A DNA stretch of 64,000 nt from Patescibacteria group bacterium (GTDB lineage Bacteria > Patescibacteriota > Patescibacteriia > UBA9934 > GWF2-40-263). The notes under the pieces were generated by a model. The model was not told the DNA's origin. It saw nothing but the letters and a program-made list of their open reading frames with translations, and did no database searches. The stretch covers positions 612,275 to 676,274 of the forward strand of contig SCUM01000001.1 of the NCBI GenBank assembly GCA_004297215.1. The letters are read 5' to 3'. Shown in pieces: positions 58,003 through 64,000 of the stretch (its first letter is position 1; each line of letters begins with the position of its first letter). Position numbers and translations under genes: made by a program.

Positions 58003-58775
58003 ATAATGTTTTTCGAAAGACAAAAGGCAGCGAAAACCTTCTCGTTTCGAGACTGGAGGAGTTTGGGTTGAATGCCGCCGAAGCGCAGGTGTACGTCTAT
58101 TTATTGGAACGAGGATCGGAGGCCGGAGGGTCGCACATAGCCCAGGCGACCGATCTGCACCGGCAATACGTATACCTAGCTCTCCCCCGACTCATCGAGC
58201 TTGGGCTCATCGAGGAGGTTCCACGCGGAAAGCAACACGCATACAAGGCCCGCTCGCCGATCGAGATTGAGAAGATCGGGCGCAAGCGCGCGTTGCTCGC
58301 TGGCGACCTCGCGCGGGATCTAAATGCCGTGAGTGCTATCGGGAATGAGCAGGATTTCGAGGTGGTACAAGGCACTCGTGCCATCCAGGATTTTGAGCTC
58401 CAATTTGTAGGGCGCGCAAACGAGGGTGAACAGGAGTGCATCATCGGCGGCGCCTCGCAAGCGTTCGGAGAGCTCATGCGCGACCAACTCGAGGCATATC
58501 TGGAGCTCAAAAAGGAAAAGAAGATCGTAGTGAAATATATAGGGACCGAAGACGAACGACCGTCGTATCAGAAATACATCGGGAAGTTCGCGCATCAGCA
58601 ATATCGCTTCCTGCCAAAGCTTCCGAAAGGAAACGCGCACATGGTTGTGAGAAAAGACAGCGTGGCCTTTTATAGCTTTCTTCAGCCGCCGCTCGTGTAC
58701 GTCGTGAAATCTCCCGTCGTCGCGGCAAACTACAAGCAATTCTTCCTCATGCTTTGGGAAATGGCGACGGTTTGA
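57996..58775 (+). CDS. TrmB-family transcriptional regulator
   Basis: N-terminal winged HTH of the TrmB type (LGLNAAEAQVYVYLLERGSEAGGSHIAQATDLHRQYVYLALPRLIELGLIEEV). Start at ATG 57996. Confidence 0.65.
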   Translation: MTDNVFRKTKGSENLLVSRLEEFGLNAAEAQVYVYLLERGSEAGGSHIAQATDLHRQYVYLALPRLIELGLIEEVPRGKQHAYKARSPIEIEKIGRKRALLAGDLARDLNAVSAIGNEQDFEVVQGTRAIQDFELQFVGRANEGEQECIIGGASQAFGELMRDQLEAYLELKKEKKIVVKYIGTEDERPSYQKYIGKFAHQQYRFLPKLPKGNAHMVVRKDSVAFYSFLQPPLVYVVKSPVVAANYKQFFLMLWEMATV

Positions 58776-58809
58776 AACGGAAAAGCGGGGCCATTTGCCC
58801 CGCTTTTTG

Positions 58810-60099
58810 TTATTTCACCATTTCACTCCTTAGCTTATCGATCACCTTCCGATTTCGCAGTACGACCGTGACGTACTCCCGATACTGCGGCGAGTACAGG
58901 CGCTTCTTGGCCTCGGGATCCTCGTAATTTTCGGCCACCTTGTCGAGTTCTTCGTCCACTTCCTTGTCCTCGACGGTGATTTTCTCAAGCTTCGCGATCT
59001 CCTTCACGATGATGGCCACCTTCACGCGCGTGAGCGCCTGCGCGGCGAACTCGAGCTTGAGCTGCGCGATGGATTTCTTGATGGACGACAGGTACTTGTC
59101 GAAGTCGAGTCCCTGCGCGGTGACGTTGTGCTCGAGCTCCGAGAGCATCTTCATGATTTCCTCGTTCACGAGCAGGTCCGGGATGTCGTCGAAGCGGGAA
59201 TCCTTGGCGATCAGCCCAAACATCTCACGCTCCACACGGCGTCGCTCCTCCTCCGCGCGCTCAGCCACGAGGTTCTCCTTGATGCGTCCGCGCAGCGTGG
59301 CAACGTCGGCCTGTCCCATGGACTTGGCGAACGCGTCGTCGATGGGCGGCGCCTCGAGATGATAGAGCTCGTTGAGCGTCACCTCGAAGTCCACGTCGGT
59401 GCCGGCAAGCATCTTGGACGCATGCCCCTCCGGGAACTTGAGGGTGAACGATTTCTTTTCGCCCTCCTTCATCCCCAGCACATGCTCCTTGAAGCCCGGA
59501 ATGTAATACTCCTCGCCCATGTAAACCGCGTGATTGGGGGACTGCCCGCCCTCGACGGGGATGCCCGCCTTCTTCATGTCCATGGCCATCACCGCCTTGT
59601 CCTTGTCCGAAACGGCCGTACCGCCCGGAGCACGGACCTCCCTGGTCTGCATGCGCGTAAGGTCTTTCAGTACCAGGTCGACCTCCTTGTCCTCGACCGG
59701 TTTCGTCTGCGACTTCACCGACATCTTGTGCCAGTCCGCGAGCTTGGTCACGGCCGGCATCTTCGCGACCTCGGCGGTATATACGAGGTCATTGTCCGGG
59801 GCGAGCTTCACCACGTCGATCTTGGGCGAACCCACGGTCTCGAGGTCGTTCTTCGCGAACGCCTCGAACAGCGTGGCACGGACGACGGGCTCGAGCGCGG
59901 CCTCGTAAATCTTCATTTCCCCGACGCGGTTTTTCACCAGGTCGTACGACGCGTGTCCCGGGCGGAACCCGGGGATGGAGGTTTCCTCCGAAATCGCGGA
60001 AGCCGCGGTTTCAAGGTAGGATTTCAACTCCTCTTTCGGGACGGTGACCGTGATCTTTACCGCGTTTTTCGCGAGATTTTCGACCTGGATGGAAGGCAT
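58810..60099 (-). CDS. tig: trigger factor (ribosome-associated chaperone/PPIase)
   Basis: 429 aa. N-terminal ribosome-binding domain, central FKBP-like domain (FTLKFPEGH...GTDVDFEVTLNE), C-terminal arm domain. Confidence 0.85.
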   Translation of the reverse strand: MPSIQVENLAKNAVKITVTVPKEELKSYLETAASAISEETSIPGFRPGHASYDLVKNRVGEMKIYEAALEPVVRATLFEAFAKNDLETVGSPKIDVVKLAPDNDLVYTAEVAKMPAVTKLADWHKMSVKSQTKPVEDKEVDLVLKDLTRMQTREVRAPGGTAVSDKDKAVMAMDMKKAGIPVEGGQSPNHAVYMGEEYYIPGFKEHVLGMKEGEKKSFTLKFPEGHASKMLAGTDVDFEVTLNELYHLEAPPIDDAFAKSMGQADVATLRGRIKENLVAERAEEERRRVEREMFGLIAKDSRFDDIPDLLVNEEIMKMLSELEHNVTAQGLDFDKYLSSIKKSIAQLKLEFAAQALTRVKVAIIVKEIAKLEKITVEDKEVDEELDKVAENYEDPEAKKRLYSPQYREYVTVVLRNRKVIDKLRSEMVK

Positions 60100-60182
60100 A
60101 ATGGGCCGAGTTTAGGCCATAAACTCCCCCGCGTCAACGGGGAAACCAAACCCCGCCCTTTTGGGGCGGGGTTATTGGATGG

Positions 60183-62201
60183 TTATGCGATGAACGCGAC
60201 GATGAGCAGCGCCACGATGTTCAGGATCTTGATCATCGGGTTGATGGCAGGGCCAGCCGTATCCTTGTACGGGTCGCCCACGGTGTCGCCGGTGACGGCC
60301 GCCTTGTGCGTGTCGCTTCCCTTGCCGCCGTAGTTGCCAGCCTCGATGAACTTCTTGGCGTTGTCCCACGCGCCGCCGCCGGTGGTCATTGAGATGGCCA
60401 CGAACAATCCGGTGACGATGGAACCGATGAGGAGCCCTCCGAGCGCCTCCTTGCCAAGGCCGAAACCGACGACGATCGGGGCGAACACGGCGAGGAGCGA
60501 TGGGAGAACCATCTTGCGGATGGCCTCCTGGGTGACGATGTCGACCGCCTTGGCGTAATCCGGCTTCCCAGTGCCCTCCATGATGCCAGGAATTTCGCGG
60601 AACTGGCGACGCACCTCGGCCACGACCGAACCGGCCGCCTGGCCCACGGCTTCCATGGCCATGGCGCCGAAAAGATAGGTCACGAGGCCGCCCAGGAACA
60701 ATCCGGCGATCACGTCCGGGTCTGCCAGGCTGAAGATGACATCGCCGCCCTTTGCCTCGAGCGCGTGCACGAAATCGCCGAAGAGCACGAGGGTGGCAAG
60801 GCCGGCCGAGCCGATGGCATAGGCCTTGGTGACGGCCTTGGTGGTGTTGCCGACCGCGTCGAGGGGATCCGTGACGTCACGGACCTCCTTGGGGAGATCC
60901 GCCATCTCGGCGATGCCGCCGGCGTTGTCCGTGATGGGACCATACGCGTCGATTGCCACCACGATGCCCGTGAGCGAGAGCATGGCCATGGCCGCGATCG
61001 CGACGCCGTACAAGCCAGCCTGCTGGAAGGCGATGAGGATGCCGAGCACGATGGTGATTACCGGGAGCGCGGTGGACTTCATGGAGAGGGCGAGGCCGGC
61101 GATGATGTTGGTGCCATGGCCGGATTGGCTCGCCTCCGCGAGCTTCTTCACCGGGCCATACTGGGTGCCGGTGTAGTACTCGGTGATCATGATCATGAGG
61201 CCGGTCACCACGAGGCCCAGCAGGGCGCAGAGGTATACCGCCTTCACGTCGAGTCCCGCGACGCCCCCGAGCAGGTTCTTGGTGAGCGGATAGAAGCCGA
61301 TGGCGGCCAGGATGCCGGATGCCGCGAGGCCCTTATAGAGCGCCCCCATGATGTTCTTCTTGTTGGCGCCGAGCTTCACGAAGAAGGTGCCCACGACCGA
61401 GGCGATGATCGCGACGCCGCCGAGCGCGAGCGGATAGAGGGTGGCGTTCAGGTCGTTCGGGAACAGGAGGTGACCGAGCACCATGGTGGCCACGGTGGTC
61501 ACCGCATAGGTCTCGAACAGGTCCGCGGCCATGCCGGCGCAGTCCCCCACGTTATCCCCCACGTTGTCGGCGATCACGGCCGGATTGCGTGGGTCATCCT
61601 CGGGGATGCCCGCCTCGGTCTTACCAACGAGGTCCGCGCCCACGTCGGCGGCCTTCGTGAAGATGCCGCCGCCCAGCCTCGCGAACACGCTGATGAGCGA
61701 GCCGCCGAATCCCAGGCCGATGAGCGCGTCAACGTCCTGCGTGACAGCATAGAAGCCGGCGACGCCAAGGAGCGCGAGGCCTACCACGAACAAGCCCGTC
61801 ACCGCGCCGCCCTTGAAGGCCATGTCGAGCGCCTTTTCAAGGCCACCCTTCGCCGCCTCAGTGGTGCGCACGTTCGCACGCACGGATACGGACATGCCGA
61901 TGTAGCCGGCGACTCCGGAGAGGATGGCGCCCACGGCGAACCCGGCGGCCATGGTCCAGCCAAGCGCGAGGCCAAGCACCACGAAGACGACGGCGCCGAT
62001 CATCGCGATCGTCTTGTACTGGCGCGCCATGTACGCGTTCGCCCCTTCCTGGATGGCAAGCGCGATCCCCTTCATTTTCCCGTCTCCGGACGGCTGCTTG
62101 AGAATCCAGTTGATGAGAAAGCCTCCATAAGCCAGGGCGACCACGGAGGCGCCGATGGCGTACTGAATGATGTCATTCATAGATGGGCCTGGATGGGCCA
62201 A
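60183..62201 (-). CDS. hppA: membrane-bound H+/Na+-translocating pyrophosphatase
   Basis: About 670 aa, 15-16 TM. GGG(I/A)[23 protein letters not shown] and [14 protein letters not shown] signature motifs. Start may be M1 (62201) or M8 (62180). Confidence 0.85.
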   Translation of the reverse strand: MAHPGPSMNDIIQYAIGASVVALAYGGFLINWILKQPSGDGKMKGIALAIQEGANAYMARQYKTIAMIGAVVFVVLGLALGWTMAAGFAVGAILSGVAGYIGMSVSVRANVRTTEAAKGGLEKALDMAFKGGAVTGLFVVGLALLGVAGFYAVTQDVDALIGLGFGGSLISVFARLGGGIFTKAADVGADLVGKTEAGIPEDDPRNPAVIADNVGDNVGDCAGMAADLFETYAVTTVATMVLGHLLFPNDLNATLYPLALGGVAIIASVVGTFFVKLGANKKNIMGALYKGLAASGILAAIGFYPLTKNLLGGVAGLDVKAVYLCALLGLVVTGLMIMITEYYTGTQYGPVKKLAEASQSGHGTNIIAGLALSMKSTALPVITIVLGILIAFQQAGLYGVAIAAMAMLSLTGIVVAIDAYGPITDNAGGIAEMADLPKEVRDVTDPLDAVGNTTKAVTKAYAIGSAGLATLVLFGDFVHALEAKGGDVIFSLADPDVIAGLFLGGLVTYLFGAMAMEAVGQAAGSVVAEVRRQFREIPGIMEGTGKPDYAKAVDIVTQEAIRKMVLPSLLAVFAPIVVGFGLGKEALGGLLIGSIVTGLFVAISMTTGGGAWDNAKKFIEAGNYGGKGSDTHKAAVTGDTVGDPYKDTAGPAINPMIKILNIVALLIVAFIA

Positions 62202-62230
62202 AAAGTACCTAAGACGGTGTTATACTAGGA

Positions 62231-62875
62231 ATGAAACCGCATATTGTCAAAGAGCCCATGTCCCCTTCGGCCCCGACCTTCCTCGTCGAACGCGAGCTCC
62301 GGAAGCGCGGTTTTTGCGCCATCGCCGGGGTGGACGAGGCCGGAACCGGGGCGTTGGCAGGGCCGGTCGTCGCGGGGGCGGTCATCTTTCCGTTCGACTC
62401 GAGGCTCGGGAAGGTGCGCGACAGCAAGCTCATTCAGGAAGGGGCCCGGGAGGAGCTGTACGAGCTCGTCATCGCGCGTTCGTCGGCGCATGCCGTGGGC
62501 ATCGCGGAGGTCGAGGAAATAGCATCGGTCGGGTTGCGACGCGCCACTTTGAACGCGATGCGTCGAGCCGTGGAAGCGATCGCCGCCGTCGATTACGTGC
62601 TCGTGGACGCCTGGACCATTCCCGGCATCACGATTCCCCAACACGGCATCATCCGCGGGGACCGTACCGTAAAGTCCATCGCCGCGGCGTCCATCATCGC
62701 CAAGGTGACGCGCGACCGGCTCATGCGCGCGCTCGCGCAGGAGCATCCCGCGTACGGATTCGACATCCATAAGGGGTATGCAACGGCCGAGCACCGCCTG
62801 GCGATAAGAAAAGAGGGCCCGTGCCCCGTCCATCGGCTCTCGTATAGGTCGTTCCTGCCCATGGATACTAAATAA
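62231..62875 (+). CDS. rnhB: ribonuclease HII
   Basis: [23 protein letters not shown] and DSK...YVLVDA motifs. 214 aa. Confidence 0.85.
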   Translation: MKPHIVKEPMSPSAPTFLVERELRKRGFCAIAGVDEAGTGALAGPVVAGAVIFPFDSRLGKVRDSKLIQEGAREELYELVIARSSAHAVGIAEVEEIASVGLRRATLNAMRRAVEAIAAVDYVLVDAWTIPGITIPQHGIIRGDRTVKSIAAASIIAKVTRDRLMRALAQEHPAYGFDIHKGYATAEHRLAIRKEGPCPVHRLSYRSFLPMDTK

Positions 62876-62908
62876 GGCTAAGATGAGCAGTTATTTCCCT
62901 TTTTTCCA

Positions 62909-62937
62909 TTGACAGATGAGGCCGTGATTGCTACCAT
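62909..62937 (+). promoter_or_regulatory. putative sigma70 promoter (TTGACA-17-TACCAT)
   Basis: Upstream of the LysM-protein gene. Confidence 0.4.
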
Positions 62938-63060
62938 TCCGTCACTTGAAAATGAGGTAACCCTCCCTTTATCAAGCTCGCGATCAAACAACTGTTCGTC
63001 CGCGCGCTGCTTACGCTCCTGTACGGGCTGATCTGGTTTCGGAGGGCCGTCGTCCCGTTC

Positions 63061-64000
63061 ATGAAGGCCGCTTCCACGCCCCTGCGCATCGCAGGGCGTT
63101 TTGTGTTGCGCGCGTTGGGGGTCCCGATCTACCGCCTGGCTTTCTTTCTCAAGCGGCAGACGGGCCGCGTGCTCATGCCGGCAAAAAACCGCGTCGCCTA
63201 CCTGGCTTCCAACCGATATGCCATCCACGTGTCCGTGGTCGCCATCGCGGCGTTCGCGAGCGGGACGAATCTCCAGGGGAGCGAGGTGCGCGCCGAGTCG
63301 TTCGGGACCGGAAGCATGCTGTACGCCTTGGTCGCGCAAGACGATTCACAGGCGGTCGAGGTGGTATCCGCGCAGCCGGCTCCTCCCCCGTCGAACGTCT
63401 CGTATCTCGACAATGATGGCACCATCGCGTCGCGCGCCTATCCGGACCTCGACCTGAACAGCCATGCCTACGCGACCACCACGGTGGGCGGGAGCGCCGT
63501 TTCCGCCCCCACGATCTACGACGGAGGGGCGTCCGTGGCCCCGAGGACCGCGGTGGAGACCTATCAGGTCGCCGAGGGGGATACCTTGTACGGCATCGCC
63601 GACCGGTTCGGCCTCTCCTTGAGTTCGCTCCTGTGGGCCAACAACATGACGGTCCGAAGCATCATCCGTCCGGGACAGAGCGTGAAGATCCCCCCGATTG
63701 ACGGCGTGATCTATACCATCAAGAAGGGCGACAGCCTGTCGAGGATCGCGAAGGCATACGGGGCCGAGACGGAAAGGATCATCGCGTTCAACCGCCTGTC
63801 GAGCGCCGACGACCTGGTGGTGGGCGAGCAGATCGTGCTGCCGGACGCCGAACCGCCCGCCCCGCCCCGCACGGCGTCCGTCGCGAGGATCTTCACCACT
63901 GGGAAGGCGCCGCTCACGGGACAAACGAGCACGCGCACCGGCGCGCTCGCCGGATTTAGCGGGGGATCCGGCACGTGGGTTTGGCCCACCAACTGGCATG
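63061..64000 (+). CDS. LysM-domain peptidoglycan-binding protein (N-terminal TM; probable peptidase continues beyond window), partial
   Basis: Two LysM repeats (YQVAEGDTLYGIADRFGLSLSSLLWANN; YTIKKGDSLSRIAKAYGAETERIIAFNRL). The frame continues past 64000. The start could lie upstream on a non-ATG codon. Confidence 0.55.
   Translation, partial: MKAASTPLRIAGRFVLRALGVPIYRLAFFLKRQTGRVLMPAKNRVAYLASNRYAIHVSVVAIAAFASGTNLQGSEVRAESFGTGSMLYALVAQDDSQAVEVVSAQPAPPPSNVSYLDNDGTIASRAYPDLDLNSHAYATTTVGGSAVSAPTIYDGGASVAPRTAVETYQVAEGDTLYGIADRFGLSLSSLLWANNMTVRSIIRPGQSVKIPPIDGVIYTIKKGDSLSRIAKAYGAETERIIAFNRLSSADDLVVGEQIVLPDAEPPAPPRTASVARIFTTGKAPLTGQTSTRTGALAGFSGGSGTWVWPTNWH

Overview
This is a high-GC (~65%) bacterial chromosomal window, gene-dense on both strands. 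Many features are reminiscent of a small-genome uncultivated lineage such as CPR/Patescibacteria: PolX, an EndoQ-like nuclease, an LTD-domain surface protein, a stand-alone IMP cyclohydrolase domain, and an rRNA operon without 16S. That lineage call is inference only.

Recognisable content:
- The replication-origin neighbourhood at 51.1-54.9 kb: dnaN<-dnaA on the minus strand, flanked by DnaA-box clusters, then rpmH-rnpA-yidD on the plus strand.
- A minus-strand 23S-5S rRNA operon (8.15-11.4 kb) with no adjacent 16S.
- Eight tRNAs, all with encoded CCA: Ala, an Ala-like tRNA, Leu-TAG, Gly-GCC, Leu-TAA, Ser-CGA and Cys-GCA.
- Housekeeping genes: fba, a PfkB kinase, a 2-hydroxyacid dehydrogenase, rlmH, polX, ruvB, a NifS/NifU/ferredoxin/FAD-oxidoreductase operon, PBP1A, galU, PNP, tig, an H+-pyrophosphatase, rnhB, nfo, and an inositol monophosphatase-family (SuhB-like) protein.
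- Cell-envelope genes: a Wzx-type flippase, an O-antigen-ligase-like protein, a SpoIID/LytB protein, an FG-GAP/L,D-transpeptidase, an LTD-domain surface protein, a 3D-domain protein, and a LysM protein that runs off the window end.

The most unusual region is 34.6-42.1 kb. It holds five tandem paralogous small membrane proteins sharing a T4SS-pilin (TrbC/VirB2)-like motif, with variable Cys-rich extensions. Two secreted Cys-rich proteins and a 1026-aa multi-TM/coiled-coil protein with its own strong sigma70 promoter lie next to it.

Other oddities:
- A 40-bp inverted repeat pair, one copy lying inside the O-antigen ligase CDS.
- A REP-like palindromic repeat family (core GTAGTGCGTAG).
- Tiny lysine-rich ORFs.
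- An EndoQ-like nuclease operon.
- A protein built from nine 7-residue repeats encoded by 21-bp tandem DNA repeats.
- A lower-GC islet carrying a TrmB-family regulator.
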